Notes: generated from the sequence alone by a model not told the origin. A stretch of 64,000 bases of DNA from Adineta vaga (GCA_021613535.1 CP075496.1:9548001-9612000); one strand, 5' to 3'. Positions 1-12,812 are shown, numbered from the stretch's first letter. Translations and numbers: made by a program.

Positions 1-1028
1 AATCATAAAAATCGACTTCTTTAAAAAGCTTTTTATCAAAAGTTTGATGATGTTGAAAATAAAATCGATATAAATTCGGCATATATTTCACAATTAATCG
101 TTCCCATTGCTCAGCATAAAGATGAATTTTCGTTGAATGAATATTTAATCGTAAGATTTGAACGTGACTTGAGATTTTCTGTATAAATCTTTCAAATTCA
201 TTCCATACTGTAAAATAAGTTAGAAGTGAAATATGTGTTAATTCCGGAAGTATTATAATTATATCTTCAATATTTTCACTCCAATCAATCAATCCTCGAC
301 AAGTTAAATGAGTTAATTGCGGTGTATATGAAAGCATTGTCATGAGATTTCTTATTCGACAAGAATGATCAATATTGAGATATTTGATGGAATTCATATG
401 ATTTGGCTGCGCTAATGATAATGGAATTTCGGGATTGTATTGATTGTACGAAATCTTCAAATATTTTATTGATAAGATTTGAAATACGAATTTGTAAAGA
501 AGAGGTAGATTTTTAAAATCATCTTCGATGGAAATTGTCAATGAAACAAGTTGTGGAAATGTTTTTAAGATTAAGAGATGTTTTAGAATAAGATTTGATT
601 TTATATCAATAAAACGTACGGATTCTAGATAATGTTGAAAGGGAATATCTTGTCTAAAAGGAAAAATAATAAAATTGATAATTAAAGGCTAAAATTCAAC
701 ATAATAACTTTACTTTTGTTCTGAATTTGGATCAGCATGTAAATGTTGAATAGATTTTTCTTGTGTTGGTAAATGACATACTTTGATTTTAAGTCGCAAT
801 GATAAACAAGCAAGTAATTTTTCAAAACGAATATTAAGATTTGTAAATGATTGAAATATATTACAATCCTCGAGATAATCAAATATTTCATAGAAAATTT
901 CATTTGATAAATGTTCGATATAATGAATTGATGATCTAAATTAAAATACAGCGATTCAAACCGTACTATGATCATTTGATGATCACTTACATTTTTGTCA
1001 TAATTTTATTATCGTTATTTGAATTCAT
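1..1028 (-). CDS. F-box/LRR-like protein, spliced, 3' end runs off the window
   Basis: Not in the ORF track. Manual minus-strand reading: ATG 1028, donor gtaagt near 990, exon ~936-715 (HLSNEIFYEIFDYLED..F..LN.RF), exon from ~653 (..KYLNIDHSCRIRNLMTMLSYTPQLTHL). Clearly paralogous to 1601..3133. Confidence 0.8.
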
Positions 1029-1600
1029 TCACAATGATGCTGCGAGAAAGTATTATGCATACATGAATGTATAAAATGACAAATGGTTGGAAAAAAGAAA
1101 GTTGTCATGCATATATACATGCAATTTTATACTGTTGATTCATGATTTTGATGTCGTCCATGACGTCATTTCAGGTGAAAAGAAAAAGGAAGCAAGAGTA
1201 CAGTGGTATGCATCGTTTTTGCTTAACAGCATGTTTTCTTTCATTGAGATTTTTTTTAAATGGTTTTTATTCAGATCAACCTACACACAACACGTTTGTG
1301 TAAAATCGGTAACTTGAAGCATAATCTGTGCACTATCAAAGATAAGAGATATTTCAAATAATTATGAAATAATTAGTAGTTGCTCTTATATATATATATT
1401 AGTTTCCAACATGCGTTTGTCAATTAATTATCCTTCGGTTCACATAGATGTCACGCACAAATATATATATATATATATAAATATTTGCTATTTGTTTGTT
1501 CATAAAAACAAAAAACAATGTTAGAACGTGTTTAAATATATTCCTTTGTATATAAGTTGTTTTTTCTTCGAATACAGAAAACTATTAAAATCTTGACGTA

Positions 1601-3133
1601 TTATTTCTTATATACACAGAGTTTCTTATCTGTAGAATAGATAACGTAAGTTTCTTTCATGAAAACCAACTTTATGATTGATTTGATATCGATATCAGTT
1701 GAATATCCAATTTCGAAGTATTGCATACACGGACAAAGTTCAATTAGAAATTGAATATGCGCTAATTCAGTAACCGATTGAATATTGACTTTGGTAATCT
1801 TATTTTTATTTGATTCAGAAGACGATTTTACGACTGACAACGATTGAAGACGTAATGCATCAAGATTTGGTAGACAACATATTAGATTTATCAATATATC
1901 AGAAGCAATTTCATTCTGAGAAATATCTAATCGTGTGATACAAATTAATCGAAATAGAGTCTTTGTTTGATCTGTGAAGATTTCATTTGCTTGACGATAC
2001 AAACTACCTGTAACTCTAAGTTCAATATTATGTATTTGTTCAGTTGTAGTAATACGAGAAATTTCTGGTAATTCGTACCATTTTTGTTCGAATCGATGAA
2101 TAGAATAGATAATTTCATACCATGACCAATCATTAACATCAATTGTTACATCAAAAATCAATCCTCTTGTATACCAAAACCAAGATGTAAATTGATTTAT
2201 TGCTGTATGATAATTTGTGATCTGAAAATCATCATCAATATATTCATGATGTTGTAAAGATAATTCTTTTAAATGTGGTATATGTTCCATAATCATTTGT
2301 TGCCAACGATCAGCATCCAAATACATTGAATCCCAATAAGAAGTTATTGTTAACGCTTCTAATTGAGAAGAAACCTTTGTAATGAACATTTCCAATTCAT
2401 CGAACACTAAATAGCATTCATTTATTCGAAGATATATTAAATTCATCAACTGAAATGGAACTTCCACGATATGGTTTACATTTGATTGGATAAATTCTTT
2501 ACAAACTAAAGATTTCAATTGAGGTGTAAATGATAAAATAACAAGAAGATCTTTAAGGCTACATGAATGATCAATATTGAGATATTCAATAGAGCTATAT
2601 TGTTTATCAGTAGCAATTGATAATGGCATGATTGGTTGATAAGTTTCGGATGATAGTTTCGAATATTTCAATTGAGGAAAACTAAAAATTAATCGGTACA
2701 TATCGTTAAAATGTTCCAAATCAAAACTAACATAAAGAATTAATGAACAAAGATTTGGTAATGATGTTGAGATTATTAATTGTGATGGAAATAATATACC
2801 AGGTTTCAAACCAATCAATACAAGTGATTTAAGATTATAGAACGTTGAATTTAATGTCAATAAACGTAGAAATTGATTAATATTTGATGAATACATTAAA
2901 CGAAGTGATAGAATTTTATATCTTTGTTGAAAAATCATAGTCATACAATCATTTTGAATGTGATTATTTAGGAAAGGTAAGAGATTGAGTTTTAATTGAA
3001 GAGATGATGATGATGAAAAAATCATTTGAAAGCGTTGATTAAGTCGAGAAAAGATTCGATAGATCTCATATCCATCAAGATAATCAAAGATTTCATAGAA
3101 AATTTCATTCGATAATTGTTCGAGACAACTCAT
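1601..3133 (-). CDS. F-box-like/LRR protein
   Basis: Likely start MSCLEQLSNEIFYEIFDYL at ATG 3133 (F-box-like), followed by LRR-like segments (LKSLVL, LPNLCSL, LPNLDAL). Confidence 0.8.
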   Translation of the reverse strand: MSCLEQLSNEIFYEIFDYLDGYEIYRIFSRLNQRFQMIFSSSSSLQLKLNLLPFLNNHIQNDCMTMIFQQRYKILSLRLMYSSNINQFLRLLTLNSTFYNLKSLVLIGLKPGILFPSQLIISTSLPNLCSLILYVSFDLEHFNDMYRLIFSFPQLKYSKLSSETYQPIMPLSIATDKQYSSIEYLNIDHSCSLKDLLVILSFTPQLKSLVCKEFIQSNVNHIVEVPFQLMNLIYLRINECYLVFDELEMFITKVSSQLEALTITSYWDSMYLDADRWQQMIMEHIPHLKELSLQHHEYIDDDFQITNYHTAINQFTSWFWYTRGLIFDVTIDVNDWSWYEIIYSIHRFEQKWYELPEISRITTTEQIHNIELRVTGSLYRQANEIFTDQTKTLFRLICITRLDISQNEIASDILINLICCLPNLDALRLQSLSVVKSSSESNKNKITKVNIQSVTELAHIQFLIELCPCMQYFEIGYSTDIDIKSIIKLVFMKETYVIYSTDKKLCVYKK

Positions 3134-3370
3134 CAATACTTTATTTACCACGAAATGTAAATAGAATAGAACTCTCAAATTTCTATATTTGTATTTGAAT
3201 AAGTAATGGTAAAAGAATTCAAAAAGGAAGTATGCGTTGTTTTTTGTTCTTCTGTTCGAAAAAGAATGACTCATAAAGATATACGTGTCAGCAAAAAAAC
3301 GAAATACTGTTATAATAATTTCAGTTACGTGGGAATAATTGAAGTATTTATTTTTGATATTCAAATTGTA

Positions 3371-4366
3371 TTATACATTAGTCGTAGTAGTACTACTAGA
3401 AAAAACAACTGTACTTCGTCTGTTGATGGTACATCTCTTCTGACGACTCATTTTGATTCTATGTTCACAAAGATTAAGAATAAATTGTTTTGTTTTTCGT
3501 CGAAATGAATTTGATATAAAGTAGAAGATAAGAAAACTACTTGAATAAAAACTGAAACCAATAAATGTAAATAAATCATTGAAAAAATTCCTATGTTCAT
3601 GTGTAACTATTTCATTATAAAGAGAATAAATGACTGAGAGAAGATTTGTAAGAATGTAATTCAGATTGATAGTAAATAAACAACGAAGTAATTGAAAATC
3701 TTCTGTGCTAATCGATCGAACTTTATTCATATGTTGTCGTGGAATGGTTTTTATTCGATCAATTGTTTTCAAAGATAATATACATAGAATAAATATGATT
3801 ATTAGAAAAATTGCATCACTTATTATCAAGGAATAATAAAAATAATTCGAAGTTAATTTATTTTCATCATATGAACAATGTACAGCAGACATTTCAGTTT
3901 TTTGAAGTTTTATTTTCATTAAAATCGCAGAATTAAATGATAAACAGAATGATGTACTAAGACCGATGAAGATATATGCGAAAGATTTTGAATAATAAAT
4001 TCGTGAATAGTTTTTCTGTGAAGAAATAAGTAAACGATCGATGGATGCAAAAATAAGAATTGTTGGTAAAAGTGTTGAAATAAAACAAGGTAAATAATAA
4101 AGAATTTTGCATGAAAATAAATTTAAATTATATAAATTAATATCATAACCGATAAGAAATGTAAAACTAAGTATCGTAGAATTTAAATAGAGAGAACTGA
4201 GTAGAAGATAAACTTTAAAATACAATACACAAACATTTCTTTGCCAGGATTTTTGAAAGAAAATTATTAAACTAAACAAATTACCGAAGTTACCAAGAGC
4301 AAAAATCAATGGATTAATATAATGATAGAGAAAAACAATAATATCTTGTAAGTTATTTGAAATCAT
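3371..4366 (-). CDS. Class A (rhodopsin-like) orphan GPCR, divergent cluster member
   Basis: Seven hydrophobic segments, GNxxN in TM1, ASIDRLLISSQ at the end of TM3, DFQLLRCLF; intronless. Confidence 0.85.
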   Translation of the reverse strand: MISNNLQDIIVFLYHYINPLIFALGNFGNLFSLIIFFQKSWQRNVCVLYFKVYLLLSSLYLNSTILSFTFLIGYDINLYNLNLFSCKILYYLPCFISTLLPTILIFASIDRLLISSQKNYSRIYYSKSFAYIFIGLSTSFCLSFNSAILMKIKLQKTEMSAVHCSYDENKLTSNYFYYSLIISDAIFLIIIFILCILSLKTIDRIKTIPRQHMNKVRSISTEDFQLLRCLFTINLNYILTNLLSVIYSLYNEIVTHEHRNFFNDLFTFIGFSFYSSSFLIFYFISNSFRRKTKQFILNLCEHRIKMSRQKRCTINRRSTVVFSSSTTTTNV

Positions 4367-4894
4367 TGGTTTATTTAATCTGAAAAAAAAACTTCGAAAT
4401 AAAAGAAAATAGTAATTCAAATGATTAAGATTCTTAGTTTCTTTTTTTAGATTCATGACAAAAAGAAATTTTTGTAGAGCGTATCGGTTGAAAGATGTCT
4501 TATTGTTATAGTCGAAAAGAAGGAGAAGAAGAAGAAGAAGAAAACAATATCACAGAACAGAGAGTTAACGTTGATTCTATTAATTATGAAATGAAAGAAA
4601 ATATCATAAGTTTAATTTGAAAAATGACTCTAGAAGATAAAAAGAATTTTTTTCTAATTAAATTTATCACATGGTGTGTAATAATTGTTGGAAGTTGATT
4701 GACGTCAGTGTTGAAACAAAAACTTGAGTAAATTTGTTCTCAACAGTTTAGTTTTGATTGATTATAGTTGACAAGGAAATATCAATGTCAATAATTAGAA
4801 AAGATAAAATTATGAAAAATAAATTTTATTGAATAGCAAACGAACGAACAGATGTTATAGAGAAAAATAGAATGGATTTTTTTTCTTGAAAATG

Positions 4895-7800
4895 TTATGT
4901 TTCAGGAGCAATTCCAATTCGTCGTAGTCTTTCTCTTCTTCTGGATCGTCGATTAATCCACTGAATAACTTTCGATAAAATTGGTACGATAATTTTTAAA
5001 AATGTTATCAAACCACCGAAGAGTGCTAATAATGTTGTAGCAATATAAATTGTATTACTTGTGGCAACATAAGTATAAATACATTCGGTTGGTTGACATT
5101 GTTGATAATAAACTTCATATAGAGTCGATACGTGCCATTGCTCGATCAGTAATGAATTAAGTAGTTGTTGTATTGTTGTTTTTGGTGAATACTGACTGGA
5201 TTGTGTTTGATTAAGCGCCGTTATATTGATTGATTGAGTAGAATTGATATATGATTGAAGTTTATCAATACATGTCTGATTAAAGAAACATTCGAGAGTT
5301 GATTGAAGAAGTGCTTCAGTAATGTAACATCCATAATAGAAACCAGGTATTGAGAAAAACAATGATTTATTAGAATAATTATAAATTGACGATGATTTCA
5401 TACATGTTGCTTCGAGTTCACAAGTACAATTGGAATAGGATTGTGAAGATAGAAGTATAGTGCTCGAGTTACTTGGAAATAAAAATTCATAGTTTGTTGT
5501 TAGAGCGGACAATAATGTATTTGAATGAGTAGTACTTCGTATTAAATCGAATGAAAGAAGGAAGCTATTTGTTGTTGATGATCTGAACTGATCGATAAAT
5601 GTTCGAATTTGGGATTCAAATAGATCAAGTGCTGTTACACTTGTACTAACATAAGCATTTCTTGACAATTGAATTAAACTTTCCGAAATTGTTCGATTGA
5701 TCAATTGACAAAGAGATCTTAATGCTTGAAAACTATGTGTACCTGACTTTCGAAAATCTTCGAGAAAGATACGATTGTTGTCATAAGAATAGTAAAGATA
5801 TTCGATCCATTCTTGTGATACATAGAGACTATGACACACTTGATGTAATGTATAATCGATACGAAGGAAATGCTGATAATTGACAGAGATATGTGTACAT
5901 GGACAGATGAGTGTTTGTGAATGAGTAGAATAGATTTGTTGGTATTGTTCAAATGTCGGTGTTTTAATACTAACTGGTTTCATGACGGTAGAGAGCGAAT
6001 TGTGCAGAAGAAGAGTTGTTAGTAAAAGGATTAGAATAAAAACGAATACTCTTGTTGCTTTTTGTTCATTTCGAAGTTCACGTTGATTGTTCACAGATGA
6101 TCTTGATAAAAATATGTGGAATGTTCGAAAGAAATTGATGATATGTCTTCGTATGATTACGATGAACATGGTATTGTCGGGATCTAAAATATAAGGAAAT
6201 CATATTTATATTAAATTGTTAGACAAATGTCTGCTTTAACAACTGAATTTTTGTACACAATATTCTATATACTTATTACAAGTTGCTACATTCTTTAGAA
6301 TGGATATTTTCTCCTACCATTTTCTGCATTTGGTAATGGTCTTTGTCTTCTTATTAATTTGATCATAATTGGAACAATCGCTTTACAAATAACAGCAAGA
6401 CCACCTATCAATGCCATTAATGTAGTTATGATAGAAACGATACCATTTCTTTCCAAACAACTGTAACTACACTCGATTGGTTGACAGCGATCGAAATAAT
6501 TTGTATATAAAACAGACAGATGCCATTCTTCAATCATTAATTCATCAAGTAATTGTTGAATAGTTGAATTAATAAAATACCGACTTGGAAACGATGAATC
6601 CAAAGCAGTTACGTTAACTGATATTGTACTTACAATAATCGAATGTACTTTTTCTATACATGTTTGATTAAAGAAACATTCGAGTGTTGATTGAAGTAGT
6701 GCTTCAAATACATAACAACCTCGATATAAACCTGGCACCACGAAGAGAGATGTTTTATTTGCATAATTATATGTTGAAAATTGTTTAATACATGTCATCA
6801 TAACAGTACAACTACAATTATCATAATATTTGGGATTAAATTCTATCTTGACATCTTTACTATTCGAAAGTAATGGATAATAACTGGTTAATATTGCCGA
6901 AAATAAAGCATTTGCTTGTGTGGTACCTCGAATAGCATCGAGTGAAAGAAGAAAATTATTCGTTGTTGATGATCGAAATTGATCGAGAACTATTTGAATT
7001 TGTGATTGTAATAAATGTGATGGTGTTAAACTTGTACTAATATATTGTTGTGAACGTAATTGATTTAGATTTTGCGAAATAGTTCGATTGATTAATTGAC
7101 ATAAACCATGTAAAGCTTGAAATATATATGTAACAGAATATTCAGCATCTTCAATCCTCACAAAACCATTAATATAATCAATCCATTGTTGAGTAACATA
7201 GGAACTACGGCATACTTGATGTAATGTATAATCAAGATGAATAAAGTTTGTATAATCAATCAAGTTGTCTTTGCATGGACAAGAGAGAATTTGAGGATAT
7301 GTTGAATAGAGTTGTTGATATTGTTCAAGACTTGGTTTTTTAATAGTTTTTGTTTTGATAATAACGGTTAATGAGTTATAGGTACAAAGAATGATTAATG
7401 ACACGATCACTAGAATAATGAATAATCTTGTTGATATTCGTTCATTTTGAAGATCATATTCATCGGTAGAAGGAGGTTTTGATGGAAAGAAATTTAATGT
7501 TTTATAAAAGATTAATAATCTTTGAAAGAAACTAGGAGTTTGTTGAACGATGTTAGTTTCTAAAAGAAAAAAAAATCGCATTGTGAAGTTCGACAGAACG
7601 AGCATCACATCTTCACGATTTTTCTCTTACCATTTTCTGTCGTTGGTATTGACCTTTTTCTTCTTATCAACTTAACTACTAACGGTACTACACCGGCCAA
7701 AACGACTACAAGTCCACCTATCAGACCAAGAAAAATAGTAATTGTATGAACTACTCCGTATTTTTGTTGATAAATATAAGTACATTCTTGTGGTTGACAT

Positions 7801-8938
7801 TCATCGTAATATTTTCTATGTGAAATCGATAAAGTCCATTCTTCAATCATCAATTGGTCCAATAGTTCTTGGATGGTAGAATTGGGAGAATATTGAGTTA
7901 ATTTTGATGAATCAAGAGTTGATAAATTGAATTTTGATGACGATTTAATATGTAAGGGAAGTATTTCTAAACATGTTTGATTATAGAAACATTGAAGAGT
8001 TGATTGAAGTAATGCTTCAATAGTATAACATCCACGATAGAAATCATTTATCCAAAATATTCGTGTAATATTCGGAAAACTATAAATTGCAAACTGTTCC
8101 GTGCAATTAGGTACGATAGCACAAATACATGAACTCAATGTTGTTGAAGTTATGTTCACGTCTTTCTGAGTCAGAGATGCGTATAAATCGTAATTTTTTG
8201 TCAGAGCTGAATACAAAGCATTTACCTGAGTCGTACTACGAATAATATCGAGTGCATGAAGAAAGCTATTTGTTGTTGATGATCTGAACTGATTGATGAA
8301 TGTTCGAATTTGTGATTCAAATAGATCAAATGTTGTTACACTTGTACTAACATAAGCATTTCTTGACAACTGAATTAAGCTTTCCGAAATTGTTCGATTG
8401 ATCAATTGACAAAGAGATCTTAATGCTTGAAAACTATGTGTACCTGACTTTCGAAAATCTTCGAGAAAGATACGATTGTTGTCATAAGAATAGTAAAGAT
8501 ATTCGATCCATTCTTGTGATACATAGAGACTATGACACACTTGATGTAATGTATAATCGATACGAAGGAAATGCTGATAATTGACAGAGATATGTGAACA
8601 TGGACAGATGAGTGTTTGTGAATGAGTAGAATAGATTTGTTGGTATTGTTCAAATGTCGGTGTTTTAATAGTATCAGTTTGCATACGAGTCATACGAGAA
8701 TTATATAGAAGAAGAATTGTGATGAAAAGAAAAAATAGTAAAAGAAATAATACTGTTGAAATTCGTTGATTTTGCAAATCATGTTCATCAACAGATGGAG
8801 GGTCTTCAGGGAACAGATTGATATTTTTCGCACTTCTCATTGAATTTCTCGAAAATTCAGCAATACGGCGAATACTACCTGACACTAAAAGAGAAGAAAT
8901 ATAAGAGACTAATTTGGCTTATTAGAAAAAGACATACT
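4895..8938 (-). CDS. 1261-aa membrane protein of three tandem modules (TM - Cys-rich ectodomain - TM)
   Basis: Three ORFs join in frame via phase-1 introns 7630-7560 and 6317-6184. The start ATG appears split A|TG by intron 8937-8885. Exons total 3786 nt (1262 codons). Each module has CPC, LHQVC.S, FQAL..LC, C.C....C, GCY..EALLQSTL.CF.NQTC, C.P..C.Y and a TM with GGL. Confidence 0.8.
5562..8670. repeat. Near-identical ~400-bp direct repeat: 5562-5969 and 8263-8670
   Basis: Offset 2701 bp; only a few mismatches over 5640-5969; the identical shadow ORFs 5719..5952 and 8420..8653 reflect it. Confidence 0.9.
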
Positions 8939-9399
8939 TTTTATTCGTCGAATATAAGCTGATGTTATTAAAATCTGAAGCTAAGAAGAAAATGTTCTGG
9001 TTAATAAATAATCACTTTTGAATTTTTCTAGCACCTCTGCAACAGATATTATACTGAAATCAACCAAAAAGAATAACAAAATTTTGATTTCCTTCCTCCT
9101 AAAACGCATTTTTCTTTTTTTCAACTAATATACAATGATCCTTCTCACTTTTGAACGCACTGATTTATACAAGATAGATTTGTAAGTATCTTCGACAAAG
9201 AAGGAAACGACAGTGTTGTTCTTTAGTGTTTATGAATAATATTGAATCGAGTGTTTGTTGCAGATGTTATAAAAAATGCATTTCCACGACGTATAGTCAT
9301 TTCACAAATGAATAACTTTACATTTGTAGAGGATGAAAGTTACGTTTCAGTAGATTGTATAGTCTTTATTTTATTCATGAATACATAAATATACAAAAT

Positions 9400-10999
9400 T
9401 CAATGTTTATTAATCGCATTCTGCTTAATCTTTTTCATTAATTCTTGAGAATTATTTGTAATAAACAACCGTTGTTTCCAATCATGAATTCCCATTGATG
9501 GTGCTTGATTTTGTAGATGTGTTTGTAAACCAGACATATCTTGAGTAAATACACTAATAGAAATATGATGAAGATGATGATTATTTAAAAATTTTAATAA
9601 ATTTAATGGATTTCTATTCTCATCTTTATAATAACCTCGACAGATAATTTGAAATGTTGGTTTAATTTTGTTCATATGTGTTAAAAGATGATGTTCTGCG
9701 TTTGACATCGTTTGACAATAATCAAATTTCAATTGTCTATCATCTAATTGTTGTTCGATTTGTATTTGATCATGACTTCTCTTATCAATCCAAAGAACAA
9801 ATGATTTCGTATTTTCAATCTTTGATAAAAAATTTATTTGTCCATTTTTCAAAATTGAATTAAAATAATTGAATGTATCGTTAAATTTCCAAAAGAATTT
9901 ATATCCAATATCAGAATTTTTATATTCAGTTGGAATAAAAAATTTCTTATCATTATCAATATTCCAATTGTATGGATTTGGAATATTTATATCGTCTTGC
10001 GTCTGTCGATTATTTTCAACAATTTTTATAGCATGTAAATCTTGACAATGTACTGAATTACACATATAACCATATGGAATATAACAATAACCTTTGTCAC
10101 CCTGCAAAAAAAGATATTCTCAGATTGATTTATCTTCGAAAAACTATCACTTACCCAATTTTCACCCCAAGAATTTCTGACGATGAAACATTGAGAAGCA
10201 TCACTATATCCGACAGCTAACATTGCATGCCAGCCATGAGTAGCAGCCTGTGGTTCATACGAAGGTTGCGGCATGGGCACACGTCCACCATTAGATCCAG
10301 CAGTTGCAAATGAATTAAATGTTTGAATACCAAATGCAAACGGAAATCCTTCAGCTAAACAAGCTTTCATTTCATTTAAATCGGATTCAACATTCATTGC
10401 TTGACATATGCGATAATTTCTAGCTTCAGCATAACAATGAGCTGGTGGTTGATGATTAACATATGCAGGATTATAAGGATACGATTGTTCTTTACAACAA
10501 CCAAATTCAGTCAATGCTGCAATTGCACTTCGAATTGCAGTACCTCCATCGACTATTAAATTGGATACTTGGACGTCTTTTGTACGACTAACATAATAAA
10601 TAAATAGACGACTTATATCTATATGTTTTTTCGTATTTTTCATAATTAAGAATTCGTATGCACCTGAAATAAATGTATAAATATCTATTAATAATTAAAA
10701 CAATAGAAAAGATTTTTACCAGCAAGTGCATTTCCAACACTGAAATACAAAGAAAAGAAAACAAAGTTAAAGTAGATCGGAAACGAAAATAAAAATACAA
10801 ACCATGAATTAAGTTGACCTTGAGATTCTACTGGTGTCATAAGTTGTCTTAAATCAACTGATGGTGGTAAATTTTTATTAGAAAGTATTCGTGAAGCACC
10901 AAACTTTGGAAGATCTGATGGTTGACCACTGACAATACAACCGCCAATACGATAACGAGATCCTGTTTTTGGATCAACTAGATATTGTTCTTCAGCCAT
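9400..10999 (-). CDS. Papain-family (C1A) cysteine protease of bacterial/xylellain-like type plus a C-terminal alpha/beta domain
   Basis: Exons 10999-10803, 10739-10720, 10663-10155, 10101-9400 (476 codons). Motifs LPPSVDLR, QGQLNSC (catalytic Cys), SRLFIYY, HAMLAVGY (His), IVRNSWG (Asn), GDKGYCYIPY. Confidence 0.9.
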
Positions 11000-11296
11000 T
11001 AGTATAGATTTCGTTTTGTATAACAATTTAACTAGTTCTATTGCAGCAATCACTTCTGTTTATATCATTCCCGATAGGTACCTCGTATAAATACTTTGTC
11101 ATGAGTCATGCAAATAGTAATGGTAAAAATATTGAAGGATAAAATGAGGACAGAGAAGGCGTATTCGAATGACATCCTGAACATAGAGAACGAAAAAAAA
11201 TGACGCGTAGTGTAACGTCCTTGGAACAACGTAGCACATCATCATGTTTTCATAATAACAAAACTTAACATCATTTGATTATGAGTCAAGTATTTA

Positions 11297-12304
11297 TTAA
11301 TTAATTAACACAATAGCATTAACAACATGTTCGTTTTCCCGGTTTGATGAACGTTCTTTTCCAATAAATTTATAGAACATTCGTTTCAATTCAGTACGAA
11401 AAGCTTTGGATACGATTATGAAGATAAAGAATGCCGTTAAGCAAAATGTATGATGAAGAAAAGAAAGAATATTATGCGAAAAAGTATGTATGGCCTGTTC
11501 TAATCGTGTTCGTACATAAGATTTTGTTAATGTATCGTATGTATAAAATACTGTTACAGGTGTTTCAAAGATAAGAAAAATGATATCTTGAACAAATAAA
11601 CAACGAAGTAATTGAAAATCTTTTTTCTTCATAGATCGTATTTGATTTCTTCTATCCGATGGTACTGCTCGAATATGACGAACATTTTTAAATGCAAATA
11701 TACATAAAATAATCATCAGAATATCGAAAACAATATTTAATATGCTTGTGGAATAAGAAACAAAAATCATATATAATTTTGAAGAATCAAAATAACAGAC
11801 AAAATGGGATGGAGTGAATTCGTAAATATTTACTTTACTTAATAAATGAATGTAGAATATCATCCAAAAGAGTGTACTAATACTGATTGAAAAATAGGCT
11901 AAACGTTTTGAACTGTATAAACGTGTATCAATATTTTGAGATGAAATTAAAAGTCGATCCAATGATGCAAGAATAAGAATTGTTGGTGAAAGTGTAGCAA
12001 ATAGAAATGACATGTAAAAGTATCCTTTACATAAAATAATATTGAAATTTTGTAGATTTAATTTATAACCAATATTTAAAATAAGTCCAAGTGTTGCAGA
12101 ATTAAGTAAGACTGTATTGTATAGAAGAAAGATTTTAAAATAAAATACACATACATTTTTTCTCCATGATTTTTGAGAAAAAACTAATACACTTAAGAGA
12201 TTGCCGAGATTAGAAATGATATAGAGTACAGGAAGTACATATTCGAATAGATAAGTAGTAGTTAAATTGATGATATTGATATAATAGTTGTCAAATGAAT
12301 TCAT
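11297..12304 (-). CDS. Class A orphan GPCR
   Basis: 7TM; SWRKNVCVFYF, LASLDRLLISSQNIDTRLYSSKRLAY, KKDFQLLRCLF. Confidence 0.9.
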   Translation of the reverse strand: MNSFDNYYINIINLTTTYLFEYVLPVLYIISNLGNLLSVLVFSQKSWRKNVCVFYFKIFLLYNTVLLNSATLGLILNIGYKLNLQNFNIILCKGYFYMSFLFATLSPTILILASLDRLLISSQNIDTRLYSSKRLAYFSISISTLFWMIFYIHLLSKVNIYEFTPSHFVCYFDSSKLYMIFVSYSTSILNIVFDILMIILCIFAFKNVRHIRAVPSDRRNQIRSMKKKDFQLLRCLFVQDIIFLIFETPVTVFYTYDTLTKSYVRTRLEQAIHTFSHNILSFLHHTFCLTAFFIFIIVSKAFRTELKRMFYKFIGKERSSNRENEHVVNAIVLIN

Positions 12305-12812
12305 TCTTTTAGAATGATTTTGATAGAATAAACAGAATATGATGAGAAAGGAAAAGTGTTTTTATTAAATATTAGCCTAATGGCAGTCGACGAAATGTGG
12401 AATTTCTAATAAAACTAGATTTATAAAATTGAGACATGAGTATGAAATGATATGTTGAATTATCATGAATAAGATGAAAAGTTTCGATAACTATAGTGTC
12501 TATAATTAAAAAGAATAGTTAGATTAGTCATCTACAACTAAAACTTAGTTCATATATTCTATTTGATCGTCTAATAAAGAACAAAATTATATCGTCATTT
12601 TTATCTGAAAATATAAAGATACTTGAATATCATTAGTTCTCATTGTGTTGATTCATTCGCGCAATAAATACCTTCAATATAAAATAAAGAAAAATAAAAC
12701 TTTTCTTTTGTTTCTATTCATGCATGAATAATATTATAATAACTGGGCGTTTTTTTTTGAATATAATATAAAGGGCGTAATTGAATATACTTTTTTCATC
12801 AATCTCTTCATC

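Noticed and set aside
682-975. 97-aa ORF
   Set aside because: Wrong-frame reading across introns and an exon of the F-box gene.
5719-5952. Identical 77-aa ORFs here and at 8420..8653
   Set aside because: Alternate-frame shadows of the duplicated coding tract, not separate genes.
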